NCBI RefSeq assembly: GCF_963676685.1
Contig: NC_092347.1
Coordinates: 42,408,001-42,472,000, forward strand
DNA: 64,000 nucleotides
Direction of reading: 5' to 3'
Source: Mytilus edulis
Lineage: Eukaryota
Shown here: one piece after another, positions 26,143 through 39,111 of the stretch
Layout of the letters: each line of letters begins with the position of its first letter
How positions within the stretch are numbered: the stretch's first letter is position 1
The notes under the pieces: generated by a model
The model's database searches: none
What the model saw: only the letters and a program-made list of their open reading frames with translations
Told to the model about the DNA's origin: nothing
Position numbers and translations under genes: made by a program

Positions 26143-29100
26143 ATTGTTGAAATTATAGAAGTAAGATTAAAAGAGTAAATTATAAAACGGATTACACTAA
26201 ACCATATCTCCCTGAAAATGGGCGAAAATTGAAGCAATCCATTCTAAAGTTGTACCGCTGAAATAGCTATGTTTAAGATTTTATTTTTAGGAACTGGCAT
26301 GAATATTTTAAAATATAAATTGCAAAAGTGATCAAAAACAATATTTATTTACCTTGAAAATTTCAGAAACAAGTCTGTCAACCTTGTTTGGAGTCCAAAA
26401 TATCCATTTATTTCAATTTTTACAAATTGGCTGCTATCCTGTAAAAGTTTAAGTGCAAGGTTGAAAATATGAATTGTAAAAATATCAGCATGGCAAGATT
26501 TTAACTACTCTTCAACTTATTTTTCGGAATGCTTATCTTTAAGGGTTATTGCATTTTTTGTTTGTTCTTTCAAAAGCAATAGGAGCAAGAGTACTAGTAA
26601 TAGTGTAAATTGCAAGAAACTAGTACGTGCAATCAAAGATAGTCATTAGCTAGCTGCATATATTTTTTCACAAGATGAGCGACACATCCAAGTGAGCCTT
26701 TTGTTTATTTCTGAAGACCAATGGATTATGTTCCAAAAGAAAAACAGTGACATGTTACCATTCAGCAGCACACCAGATCTGCTTCTTTGTTGGGGGTTTT
26801 TGATGCAATTTTTCTTACATGTCTACGTCATTTTTAATAGTCTGTTATTTGTCATTTTGGCCATGGTGGTGTCGTTCGTTTTTTTCTTATGGCAACCTTC
26901 TAGTTACCATCCATTTTTTTTTTCACTCATCTAATATGAATACATAGTAAAAGACATGTGTCTGTACTCATGAGTATATGTAAACTCTATTTTTATATGG
27001 TATCTTGTGAAAAAAAAAAGAATAATTAAATAGTGGAAACGTGTCGTCTACCACAATTATTGTATAATTATAATTATTATATCACATGTATCAGTGATGT
27101 ATGTCTTTTCAGGGGATAATCAGGATAAATGCATATATATCTATATCTAATACTTCTCTAGAAGCCTATTTATGTAGAATTGTAAAGTTACTGAAAGTAA
27201 TATTGTATTAATTCAGTGTAGTGTTTATGAAAAAATGGAAAAAAACCCAATTAATTTAAATCAGCAATAAAAGATTAGATTAATTGTATTTATTATTTTC
27301 TAGAAGCTATAAAATATATGAACGTTGTAGTATTATGTAGAATCTACTTTTTGGAACTTTAAAGATATAACACAACGTTGAGTGCTGTATTTTTGACATT
27401 TTACCTATTATGTCTGTTTGGTTTGTTCACGCATCGTAAGATTTTGTCCTGTTAATTACACAGGAATACTTACCTTGATCGCTGATTTGTCACGTGATGT
27501 TCACAACACAAAGTCTCATAGTAAAATTAATTACTCATGCGTGAAAATGGTAAAACTATAACGGTTGTTTTACATGATGTTAAATGCCATGGTAAGGACA
27601 TTTTCATGGCTAATTTCAAGCTTCTAAAACAACTTTAAAAAAAAAAAGATGTAAATTGTATGGACAGATCTTGTCAATTCAGCGATCAAATAATCAATTA
27701 GGTAATCAAAACAAAATCGAGATGATTTGACGCGGCTGGTAATAACAGTTGTACTGAATTACTACGTATATATAAAGTTGTATCATTCACCTATCATTTA
27801 TACAATGTCATGTGTATAATTAATCCTCCAAACCAATCCTCCAAACTACTTGTTACATCCATGTACATGTGCATACTTTTTATCATGCTTCATGCATACA
27901 ACATACTGTTATCCAATTTTTGTTCTCACAATTTTATCATATTTTTTACTTACACTTTTTTCACAGAACAGATGAAATGCTATGGGTTATTTAACTTTGT
28001 ATACGGCCTCTCTCAGTTTGACCAGTTTCAGCCAGATGTAACATAACTCATGGGGGTAGGAATCGAGTTATATCGTATGAGAGTTGGCCAATACTCACCA
28101 GGCAAAAACATCAAACATAGACTAAATTATATTGATTTTATCTGTATCAACTTATTTCTCGCTTGTAAACGTGTCTCGCAGGCACTGGTGTTATCAATTT
28201 GAATCTTCACGTTGACGCATCAACTAGGCGTGTGCCTTAAACCTTTAGAGATGAAACATGTAGACTCAAATGTACAAAAAATAACAAGTGTAAATGTTAA
28301 TCTTAGACTATTTATTATTTTATTTTTACTATTTGTTATTCAAATTTTGCTAATCTTAGCAGAATAGAGGTAAATCCAGGTCCTAGTGACGATATCGATT
28401 CTTCTCAAAGTTCAATTAACTCAACTGACATGTCGGATTTCGGTGAACTTTTTTCAAAATCAGTCTCAATTCTTCACTTAAACGTACAAAGTCTAGCCCC
28501 GAAAATAGATCTGATTCAATCTGAATATTCTGATTTCGACATTTTAGCGTTAGGTGAAACCTGGTTAAACAATAATCATACAGACGAATCAATTGAAATC
28601 CTAAATTACCAGCACCCCTTCCGTCGCGACAGAGGTCCACACAAGGTTGGAGGGGGGATAATTGTTTTTGTAAAAAATGATATACATGCTCAACGTCGAT
28701 TTGACATCGAAAGCGAAAGCTTGGAAGCAATATGGTTAGAAATTAAATTTAAAGATAAAAAGGCTTTGCTCGGAACCTTTTATATACCTCCCAATAGTGG
28801 ACCAGATATCTGGGAAAAAAATGAATATTCTCTTGATATGGCGTCTAATGATAATACTATTAATTACATAATGGCCACAGGCGATTTTAACGATAACCAA
28901 CTAGCCCCTGTTAATTAAAAAATTACACCTTTGTAAAGCCAATTTAGTCTTACTCAATTGATAGATGAACCTACTCATTTTACTGAATCGTCGTCATCAT
29001 TGTTAGACCTTTTTATAACAAACGATGCTCACATAATAACTTACTGTGGAGTCGGGCTACCTTTATTAGACCAAATACGCTTTCACTGCCCTATAATTAG

Positions 29101-29871
29101 TCTTTTGAACTTTCCAAAATGTCGTCAAAAAACTTTTAAGCGGAAAATTTGGCTATATGATCGAGGAGATTATGACAGATATCGTAAAATTTTATCTGAA
29201 AAAAATTGGGATTCCGTAATGAACTTAAATAACGTTGAACAATTTACAACCGAAATAACAAAAACTATCATAGAAGCTACTGAAAAATGTATTCCAAATA
29301 AAATAATAACTGTTCGTAAAAATGAACCTCCATGGCTAACAAATGATGTTAAAAAAAAAGATAAGGAAAAAAAATAGAATCCACAGAAAGGCTAAAAAAT
29401 ATAATAACCCATCGGATTGGTCAAAATTTAAGAAAATACGAAATGAAGTTACCAGTTTAATAAGAAAATCAAAGGATGATTATAACAACAATTTAATTAA
29501 AAAAATCATGAACAGTAGCCCGTCCACTACTAATTGGTGGAAAACGGTTAAACAAATATCCGGATTAAAAGCAAAAGACGCAAGTGTACCTCCATTTTTG
29601 GTTAATAACAACTTAATATTTGATGAAATCGAAAAGGCAAATGAATTTAATCGATTTTTTTCTTCCCAGTCAAATATTGATGATTCAAGTGCTATGCTAC
29701 CTGAAGAACTTCAAATTATTAGTGATGACATTAGTTATATAGAACTTACTGTTACTGAAGTTGAAGATATATTGAAAATTGTTAATCCCACAAAAGCTTC
29801 TGGCCCAGACCTCATAAGTCCCAAATTGTTAAAAGAAGCATCTTCTGTTTTGAAGTATCCACTATGTAGGC

Positions 29872-32691
29872 TTAAGGCTTAGTAAATAAGAACGTCTGCT
29901 TGCAATGATACTTGTATTGAACTCTGAAAAGCTAACGTCACAACAACGGTGACGTCGTGTACATAGAAAGCGGTAGCGGGAACACCTCGTGTGCAATTCT
30001 TAACATTCTGGGGGCCCGCAAATGAATTTTTAATACAATAAGATGAAAATAAATTATGAAAATTTCACTTTAAATTACTGTCTCTGATAAATATAAAACT
30101 TTGAATATCTTTCACTGTCTTTGATAATGAGCACGAATGAAAATAAAACTATTTCTGTAATAAAGCACGAACAGTTAACAGTCCATAAAATTATACGATA
30201 GTCTCATTTGGTCCACATCTTTATCTTTTCCTTTGCATCGTTCTTCGCTCGTCTGGCGGGCAGTACTTCATCACGGTCCTACATATTCTTCAGTTGTCAG
30301 TTCTAGCGGATATAATAAGTGCGGTTCCTTTTTAAGTCTTTTAATAACATTTTCTTTTCTCCATTTTGAAATCTCTTTGTTCACTGGTGAAGGTGTGTGA
30401 TCATCTTTCCGGGATAAAGTATCGAAATGTCTGTTGTCATGGTTACTTATACATGTTTTCTGATATGAATCTAATACTTGAAATACTTTCTTTCGCCCTG
30501 TCCTCTCGTCAATATGTTCAATACCAAATGATTCTGTCTTCCGTAACTTCTCCGGGTTGCACTCTTATGTCTTTTGTGATATCCTTACATTCATTGTAGC
30601 TGTTTGCTGGTTATTGTAGCTTGGTGTTCCGTGAAGTGGTCCTGATGATAAATATCCAATTCTTGATTTCACGGCAGTAGGTCCCTTGCCTCTAACGACA
30701 TGGTTTTCTACAACTGACCAATAGTAGTCAGCTCCTACGAGTACTGAGATGTGAAAATTATCATTCGCGGTAACTGGATGAGCGAGTTCTATTCCTGATA
30801 AATACGGCAATTTTGCGGCTTTACGGATGTACGTTTTGAGCGGTGCGGCGATTTCGGGTACGATCAATACTCTGATTGGCAATTGTCCTTCATCTGTTAG
30901 CAAATAAATAATACTAGATTTTAAGTGTCTAATTCTTGTACTTTCTACACTGTCCCCAAATCCGGATAAGTTTAAAGTCTCTGTGCCAGTTATTGATAAC
31001 TGTAATTTAGCGGCTAGGTCTTCTGTGATGAACGATCTCTGTGCTCCTTCATCAAAAATAATGTTGGCTTCTGAACAGTGTCGTCCCGATCTTACAGGAT
31101 TAATTGCATTTTTGAGCAAAACATTTGTGTTTGCCTGTGAATGTGAAATTGTGTCCGGTTCCTTCGCGTTGTGTTGTATGGTACTTACGTTTATACTGTC
31201 TAGATAATCAGTATGTGTATTCTCTTTACATAAACTCGTGTGATGACGCTTGTCACACTTTCTGCATGATTTGATTGACTTACAATCAACCAAATTGTGA
31301 TGTCCTAAACAGTTGAAACATAAGCGGTCTCTTTCGACTATTGATATCCGGTCTTGATATTCAACAACTTTGGTACAGTTTACCGAGGCGTGTGATTCGT
31401 GACAATAATCGCACTGTTTAGATTTGAAGTTAGTGTTTTGGTGATTCTTATTTTGGTGGTTTTGACTTGATTGTCGATTTCCCGGTTTTGTGTTGGTCAA
31501 AAATGCTGCAGTAGCGGTAGGATTTTCATGACTGTCTGTTGAGTTACCGGCTTCCATGATATTTATTTCATTAAATATGCCTTTTCGTAAGTCTGCTAAG
31601 AGTATGTTTGTGGACCCAAATTCTCTTGCTAGGTTTTTTCGAATTTCCCCTGGTAGTTTGTTCAATATTATTGGCACTAACAGCGCTCCGTATGAATCAT
31701 CAGTTTGTCCTAGTGATTCTAAACCTCTCATGTAAATTTCAATGTTGTCATAAAAATGTCGGAGGTTGAAAAGTGTGTACCTAGGCGACGTAATATCAAT
31801 AAGTTCCTGCATATACCTCTGTGTAATTTTATGTTGCTGACCATATCTTTCTTGTAATAGGGAAATTGCCTTTTCATAGTTTGCATTAGTGAGCGCAAAA
31901 CCTATCACTGATTTTAGAGCTTCATCGTGAAGTAACGATTTCAAATAATTGAATTTTTGGACGTTGCTTAAGGTTGGGTTCGTATGCACGGCTGTCTCAA
32001 ATGAGTCCCAAAATGATTGCCATTGAAGTATATCTCCATCGAAAGTAGGGAGATTCAACTTGGGTAGTTTGTTGTATTCACTAGTTGAGCTAAAGGATGG
32101 GCGAAAATCTGACAAACGGTAATTTGAATTGTTCTGATGTTCTGTATATGAAGAGTTTATAGTATGAACGGGTTGAGTAGTTTCTATGTGTGGAGTAAAA
32201 CTTTCTGCGTGTGTATTCAACGCTGTAGTTTTGACTAAGATAAATTTGTTGACTTGACGAATTTTACCTTCTAAGTTAAATGCATACTCATCTGCTTCGA
32301 CGATCTCTGTTTCAATATCTCCGTCGTCCAGTTCCTGTACTATGTCCTCATCTAATATTTTTTGCTTCCGTTTCAGACTATCCAATATGTTTGACAAATC
32401 CTCCGTGTCCACGGTTCCATCTTCTTCTTTTTGAACGTCTTCAAATTTCTTTATCAGTCTGGAAACTGCACTTCTATGTCCTGCTCGTATCGAACGTAGC
32501 TTCAGATTCATCCTGGTCTCGGTACCAATTTCGTAGAGTGGTTGTATCGGACACAAATTAAGGCTTAGTAAATAAGAACGTCTGCTTGCAATGATACTTG
32601 TATTGAACTCTGAAAAGCTAACGTCACAACAACGGTGACGTCGTGTACATAGAAAGCGGTAGCGGGAACACCTCGTGTGCAATTCTTAACA
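29872..32691 (-). mobile_element. BEL/Pao LTR retrotransposon, gag-protease only, copy 1
   Basis: Direct repeats at 29872-30005 (outer end clipped) and ~32532-32691. On the minus strand, PBS TGGTACCGAGACCAGG (tRNA-His-like) follows the 5' LTR and CCCCCAGAA precedes the TGTTAAG start of the 3' LTR. Confidence 0.88.
30565..32511 (-). CDS. gag: BEL/Pao Gag plus aspartic protease (likely ATG at 32511, right after the PBS; premature TAA at 30565)
   Basis: KLPKLNLPTFDGD..W..FWDSF (DUF1759-like); three Cys/His knuckles (CDYCHESH..VNC, CFNCLGHHNLVDC, CRKCDKRHHTSLC); protease IFDEGAQRSFI...LVGADY. Confidence 0.85.
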   Translation of the reverse strand: MNLKLRSIRAGHRSAVSRLIKKFEDVQKEEDGTVDTEDLSNILDSLKRKQKILDEDIVQELDDGDIETEIVEADEYAFNLEGKIRQVNKFILVKTTALNTHAESFTPHIETTQPVHTINSSYTEHQNNSNYRLSDFRPSFSSTSEYNKLPKLNLPTFDGDILQWQSFWDSFETAVHTNPTLSNVQKFNYLKSLLHDEALKSVIGFALTNANYEKAISLLQERYGQQHKITQRYMQELIDITSPRYTLFNLRHFYDNIEIYMRGLESLGQTDDSYGALLVPIILNKLPGEIRKNLAREFGSTNILLADLRKGIFNEINIMEAGNSTDSHENPTATAAFLTNTKPGNRQSSQNHQNKNHQNTNFKSKQCDYCHESHASVNCTKVVEYQDRISIVERDRLCFNCLGHHNLVDCKSIKSCRKCDKRHHTSLCKENTHTDYLDSINVSTIQHNAKEPDTISHSQANTNVLLKNAINPVRSGRHCSEANIIFDEGAQRSFITEDLAAKLQLSITGTETLNLSGFGDSVESTRIRHLKSSIIYLLTDEGQLPIRVLIVPEIAAPLKTYIRKAAKLPYLSGIELAHPVTANDNFHISVLVGADYYWSVVENHVVRGKGPTAVKSRIGYLSSGPLHGTPSYNNQQTATMNVRISQKT

Positions 32692-32710
32692 CTATTTAAC
32701 CTATCGTTAA

Positions 32711-32990
32711 GGCAGCAACCATTTGATTTTCTGGGGGGGGGGGGGGGCTATGTTTTTTTTTGGAAAAAAGTTTGTTTCCAGGTTTTGGTGAAGAAAATAA
32801 TTTGTTTTGGACCCTGAGATAAAAACACTGCCACTATATGCAATGCTAAAATTGAAAGAAAAAAATTGTTTTCGGTTTGTCGCTAAAAAAATAGATTGTT
32901 CTTCGCCGAAGGCGAAAAAAAAAAGTTTGCACAGAAAAAAAAACCATAGCCCCCCCCCCCCCCCCCCCCGAAAATCAAATGGTTGTTGCC
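32711..32990. mobile_element. PIF/Harbinger-type MITE with poly-G/poly-C TIRs (duplicate at 47277-47591)
   Basis: TAA|GGCAGCAACCATTTGATTTTC(G)n...(C)nGAAAATCAAATGGTTGTTGCC|TAA. Excision restores the CR1 reading frame. Confidence 0.85.
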
Positions 32991-35900
32991 TAAGTACGTC
33001 TACTTTTCCAGATCAATGGAAAAGAGCAAATGTTACCCCAGTTTATAAAAATAGTAAACCGAATGACGTTAAAAACTATAGACCTATATCCTTGTTGAGT
33101 GTAATTTCAAAGTGTATGAAACGATGTGTATATAAACATGTTTACAATCACCTTATGCGTAATAATATTTTAACGAAAAATCAATCAGGCTTTACACGGG
33201 GGGATTCAGCGGTTAATCAATTAATTAACCTTTCAAATGATTTTGGTAAGGCTTTAGATATCGAGATATCGGTAAAGAAATAAGGGTAGTTTTCTGTGAT
33301 ATAAGTAAAGCGTTTGATCGAGTCTGGCATAAGGGACTGCTATTTAAACTTCAACAAGCGGGTATATCATGTTCTTTACTAAGGTGGTTTGAAAATTATC
33401 TTACAAACAGAGTCCAGCGGGTGGTTATTAACGGTTCATGTTCCGAATGGTTACCTGTAAATGAAGGCGTCCCACAAGGGTCCATTCTAGGCCCTCTCCT
33501 TTTTTTGATATTTATAAATGATATTGTAGAAGACATTCAAGCTCAAATTAAGCTATTCGCAGATGACACTTCATTATATATTATGGTTGACAATCCAACA
33601 GAAACAGCTACAATTTTAAATGACGATCTAGATAAGATTTATAATTGGTCAACAAAATGGCTTGTGAATTTTAATGCCCAAAAAACTAAAAGTATGATAA
33701 TTTCAAAAAAAGTAAATAGACCCTTTCATCCTCCATTAAATATGAAAACCCAAGAGCTACAAACAGTTAGCAAACACAAACATCTAGGTGTCTTTTTTTC
33801 TAACAACGGATCCTGGAACGACCATATTGAATATATAGTTTCTAAATCTTACAAAAGAATAAATATAATGAGAAAAATGAAAAATGTTCTTGATAGATTT
33901 TCACTTGAAAAAGTTTACATATCATTTGTTCGCCCAATTCTCGAATATGTCGATGTCGTTTGGGACAACTGGATTTGCAAAGAATTGTCTTGCTACGTCA
34001 ATGTAGCTAACATTCATGTACTAATGTAATCGGTGATTAGAATAATGCTGACAGTTGCGTCTAGATTTTGCTTGGCTCTAAGCTAGTCCTTAGTACAAAC
34101 GGAGTATTAACTTGGTATATGTATGCATACAGGTTCTACTGAAACATACCTTTTTTCATTGACTGTTTAATATTATGTTTCAGGTCAATTCTTAAATAAT
34201 GATATATTTTTCGTCAACCATATTTGATACCTTATGTGTGTCGTCCTTCGTGTTGTTTATTCTTTAGTTTTCTATGTTGTGTCACGTGTACTATTGTTTT
34301 TCTGTTTGTCTTTTTCATTTTTAGCCATGGCGTTGTCAGTTTGTTTTAGATTTATGAGTTTGACTGTCCCTTTGGTATCTTTCGTCCCTCTTTAAGCCTT
34401 TCATTAAAACATCAATAATTGAAATGGCCTAATTAATGACCTTTGTGATTTTCGACCGTTCTGGTTGATTAACGAACATGGCTATGTAACTGCTTTTTAG
34501 GTGGACAATATCTCAAAAACTTACAATAAGAGAAAAAAAAAATAGCTTTAAAAAATGTCAGAATATCAAGCTCTGTTTACCCAGAAAACTTAATATTTTG
34601 CTTACACACTTGGGATTTATTGGTCCTGAAGAAATTATATAGTTTATTTTTCGGAAATATTTAGCTATTGTTTCGAAAACTATAGAAGCTAGATTAACTT
34701 TAAATGTGAAAATGAGCAATGTGACCATTTTTTTTTGGGGGGGGGGGAACATATAGAACAGGCCCCTCAACAGGTAATGCTTACCCTTCCGGATCACCTC
34801 CATTTTTTTGTTGCTAAGTCTTTAGTTTTTTATGTTGTGGTTTGTATACTTTTTGTATATTCCCGGGCTGGTATTTCCTATCATGATTTCCTTGATAGAG
34901 GATTGCTGCTCACAAGGAAGCTGTTACACAAAGATTTCCAAATGGTTCCCTTCGTAAATTTTTCGGACGCCATCACGAGTTGGTTGACCGTTATGGAATA
35001 ACTGCTTCTCAGATGATATCGGATATGTTCCGTATGTCGTAACTACAATACCCTTCCCTATTCACGAATGTGACCTACCGAATGATACTATTTACATGAT
35101 TTGTAACATAAGCAACACGACGGGTGCCACATGTAGAGCAGAATCTGCTTACCTGATATCACCCCCAGGTGTTGGTAGGGTTCGTGCTGCTTAGTCTTTA
35201 GTTTTCTATGTTGTGTCTTCTGTACTAATATTTGTCTGTTTGTCTTTTAATTTCTTGCCATGGCATTGTTAGTTTATTTTCCATCTATGAGTTTAACTGT
35301 CTCTTTTGGTATCTTTCGTCCTTCTTTTGTGTTATGATCGTTTTTCATATTTAGCCATGGCTTTGTCAGTGTGTTTTCAATTTATGAGTTTGAATATTCC
35401 TTTGGTATCTTTCGCATGTCTTTCATTGTTGAAATTATAGAAGTTAGATTAAAAGAGTAAATTATAAAACGGATTACACTAAACCTTATCTCCCTGAAAA
35501 TGGGCGAAAATTGAAGCAATCCATTCTAAAGTTGTACCGCTGAAATAGCTATGTGTAAAATTTTATTTTTAGGAACTGGCATGCATATTTTAAAATATAA
35601 ATTGCAAAAGTGATCAAAAACAATATTTATTTACCTTGAAAATTTCAGAAACAAGTCTGTCAACCTTGTTTGGAGTCCAAAATATCCATTTATTTCAATT
35701 TTTACAAATTGCGACTGCTATCTTGTAAAAGTTTAAGTGCAAGGTTGAAAATATGAATTGTAAAAATATCAGCATGGCAAGATTTTAACTACTCTTCAAC
35801 TTATTTTTCGGAATGCTTATCTTTAAGGGTTATTGCATTTTTTGTTTGTTCTTTCAAAAGCAATAGGAGCAAGAGTACTAGTAATAGTGTAAATTGCAAG

Positions 35901-37243
35901 AAACTAGTACGTGCAATCAAAGATAGTCATTAGCTAGCTGCATATATTTTTTCACAAGATGAGCGACACAGATCCAAGTGAGCCTTTTGTTTATTTCTGA
36001 AGACCAATGGATTATGTTCCAAAAGAAAAACAGTAACATGTTACCATTCAGCAGCACACCAGATCTGCTTCTTTGTTGGGGGTTTTTGATGGCCATGGTG
36101 GTGTCGTTCGTTTTTTTCTTATGACAACCTTCTAGTTACCATCCATTTTTTTTCACTCATCTAATATGAATACATAGTAAAAGACATGTGTCTGTACTCA
36201 TGAGTATATGTAAACTCTATTTTTATATGGTATCATGTGAAAAAAAAAAGAATAATTAAATAGTGGAAACGTGTCGTCTACCACAATTATTGTATAATTA
36301 TAATTATTATATCACATGTATCAGTGATGTATGTCTTTTCAGGGGATTATCAGGATAAATGCATATATATCTATATATAATACTTCTCTAGAAGCCTATT
36401 TATGTAGAATTGTATAGTTACTGAAAGTAATATTGTATTAATTCAGTGTAGTGTTTATGAAAAAATGGAAAAAAACCCAATTAATTTAAATCAGCAATAA
36501 AAGATTAGATTAATTGTATTTATTATTTTCTAGAAGCTATAGAATATATGAACGTTGTAGTATTATGTAGAATCTACTTTTTGGAACTTTAAAGATTATA
36601 ACACAACGTTGAGTGTTGTATTTTTGACATTTTACCTATTATGTCTGTTTGGTTTGTTCACGCATCGTAAGATTTTGTCCTGTTAATTACACAGGAATAC
36701 TTACCTTGATCGCTGATTTGTCACGTGATGTTCACAACACAAAGTCTCATAGTAAAATTAATTACTCATGCGTGAAAATGGTAAAACTATAACGGTTGTT
36801 TTACATGATGTTAAATGCCATGGTAAGGACATTTTCATGGCTTATTTCAAGCTTCTAAAACAACTTTTTTTAAAAAAAGATGTAAATTGTATGGACAGAT
36901 CTTGTCAATTTTATAGCTATAAATACGTTACCATCATAAATTCTGAGTGTAACCCCAATTGCGTCATAGGTCAGATGGAAAATCCCGACTAAAAATAAAC
37001 GTACTCTCACTGGTCCGGACATATACCCCTGTTTGCCCATATTCTTCCATTTCAATTTCCATCTGCGACATCGGTCACACGTGCACATCAAGTTTTACAG
37101 ATTCAACAGAGAAGTGTTTAGTTTTTTGAATAGCTTAATTGCTTTTCATATATATTGTGTATTTTATTGGAAATATATTCCCTTGTTTTGTTTAAATTTC
37201 TAAACAAATTATTTGTGTTTTTTTTACTAAAGTAAAATTTATT

Positions 37244-39111
37244 ATGGACTTTAATTTGAATAGTCCGTATGTAAGTATTCCTGGTTCGAACTATATCTTA
37301 GATGGGTCACTACCTTTAAGTCCCCCCCCCAAACTACCAGTACATTGACCGGAGTTTCGACAACGGTGTCTGGTAATGCTACCTATCCGACCCCTTCACA
37401 AGGTTCGGCCATGCATTTTGGGGGGGTACCTACGTCAACTTCGGTGACTCATACTTTATCTAGGCCTGTTAATTCAGCGGGTACTATTAGTTCTGTCCCA
37501 GGTACAGCTATGGACTTGAACTTGCCAGGTTCTAGACCCCCATTATCCTATTGTGGGTATATGCTTCCCAACACGGGCACACAACCTTTACCCTCATGGT
37601 CTCAGCCACCTTGGCCACAGTCTTACCCTTATGGTGGGTTTATGCCAAACCAACCTGGTTTTTGGCCTTATAGGGACAATTTATATGGTCCCCCTTCTGG
37701 GGTAGCTACTGCACCACCTTTAGCTCCTGCTCTACCCGTAGCAGTATCTTTGACTTCTGCAGTACCTCCTTCTACCACCGTACCTGACTCTCAAGCTTCT
37801 AGTTCTTCTCATGGTACTCAGGTTTCTGATCATGCATCACCTTTGGATGGTTTACAGAAGTTACTTTTGGACTTTGGTCAGTCTTTCAAGGCTGAATTTA
37901 GTACTCTATCCAGTCGTATGACTCTACTGGAGAATAGAGTTTCTTCTCATCAACCTTCTCCAGCTAAGTCTGTAGAATGTGATGAGAGGGAGGATGACGA
38001 GCTTTCTGTTTCCCCTGGGAGTCATGAAAGGGCTTTCCTCACTGATGAGGATGTTGAAAGTTCTTCTTCTCCCAAGGTATCGAAAACGGCCCCTGAGCCT
38101 TCTTCTAAGTCAGCTCAACAACCTCCCACCAAGGAGACTGAGGATCCTCCTTCCTTGAAGGATCTTAGGGATAATGTGTATACCTTGATGAGGGATGAAG
38201 CACATATCCCTTTTGCCTCTCCTTCCAAGCCGAAGAAACCTTCTTCAACTTTTGAAGCTTCCTGTGGTATTTCTCAGGATACTGTGACTTCTCACAATTC
38301 TTTTCCTGAATCTGGCCATATGGCTTTTGCTTTACAATTTATTAATGAAGGTATCGCTAATTCTGCTAGTGAAAAGGTTGCTAATAACAATATCTCAGGA
38401 TTTGGAATGTCATCCTTTTTTGATCAGGTTAAGTACAAGGATTTTGATATCTTTGATTCTTCACTGGGTAGACTTGTTCCCAGTTGTGACAAATCTATGT
38501 CATCTTTATTGGGAAAAAAGCCAGTAGATGGTCTTCGTCTCACTCAACCTGTTTGGTCAAAGACTGAGAATCTCCTTCGTAGTGCTTCTCAAGTTCTTGG
38601 CACAGCCGAACATTTTCTAGCTGCAACCGGACATTTGCTTAACAGCGAAGATTCGGTTGTTCCAGCAGACGTACGATCCTTCTTACTTCAACTGGATAAA
38701 GCTTTAGGTTCATCTCAGTTGCTTTTAATGGGTTCTATTGCTAATTGCACCCTATCTAAAAGAGCAGAGTTTCTTGAAAACATTTCTATCGCTGAGCCTT
38801 TGAAAGATTCTTTACTGAAATCTCCACTCTCTGACAAGATGTTTGGTTTACCCTTACAGCGGGTTCAAGAGGAACTCAGCAAAAACCCTCCTCCAGTCAA
38901 AGTTAGTGTACAAGTTACTAATGGCAAGAGGTCGGTTAATGCTACATCTAGTTCTACTAGTACTTCTGCTTCAGGTGGTCCTCCTTCTTCTGCTAAGAAA
39001 AGGAAGAATAACTACGGCAAACCGCAGAACAAACCCAATAACTCAGGAAAAAGCTCAGGTAAGCCTTCTGGTGGTTTTAAGGGTTCCAAGAAACCTGGGT
39101 CTAGTACCTAG
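37244..39111 (+). CDS. gag: DIRS Gag-like ORF1 (ATG 37244 joins the 37345 ORF through a 1-nt shift in a C9 run)
   Basis: 588-aa open frame: Ser/Pro-rich N-terminus, helical core, basic C-terminus. First ORF after the left ITR. Confidence 0.75.

Larger units (their letters stand above)
24829..33963. repeat. Segmental tandem duplication, unit 1 (9135 bp)
   Basis: Begins GACAACTGGATTTGCAAAG, which recurs at 33964 and 48557. Colinear and near-identical to 33964-48556 apart from indels and the DIRS insertion. Confidence 0.92.
28050..33970 (+). pseudogene. CR1-like (Zenon-type, single ORF) LINE, copy 1: leader, APE endonuclease and RT; frameshifted, 3'-truncated, interrupted by BEL and MITE
   Basis: MGVGIELYRMRVG start at 28050. 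APE motifs HLNVQSL, ETWL, GDFN and SLLDLF. RT motifs KASGPD, NYRPISLL, DISKAFDRVWH, GVPQGSILGP and LFADD. Removing the inserts restores YPLCRLFNLSLSTSTFPDQWK. Confidence 0.88.

Noticed and set aside
32512-32682. 57-aa N-terminal extension of BEL Gag in the ORF track
   Set aside because: It runs through the LTR and PBS from a non-ATG start; the plausible ATG is at 32511.
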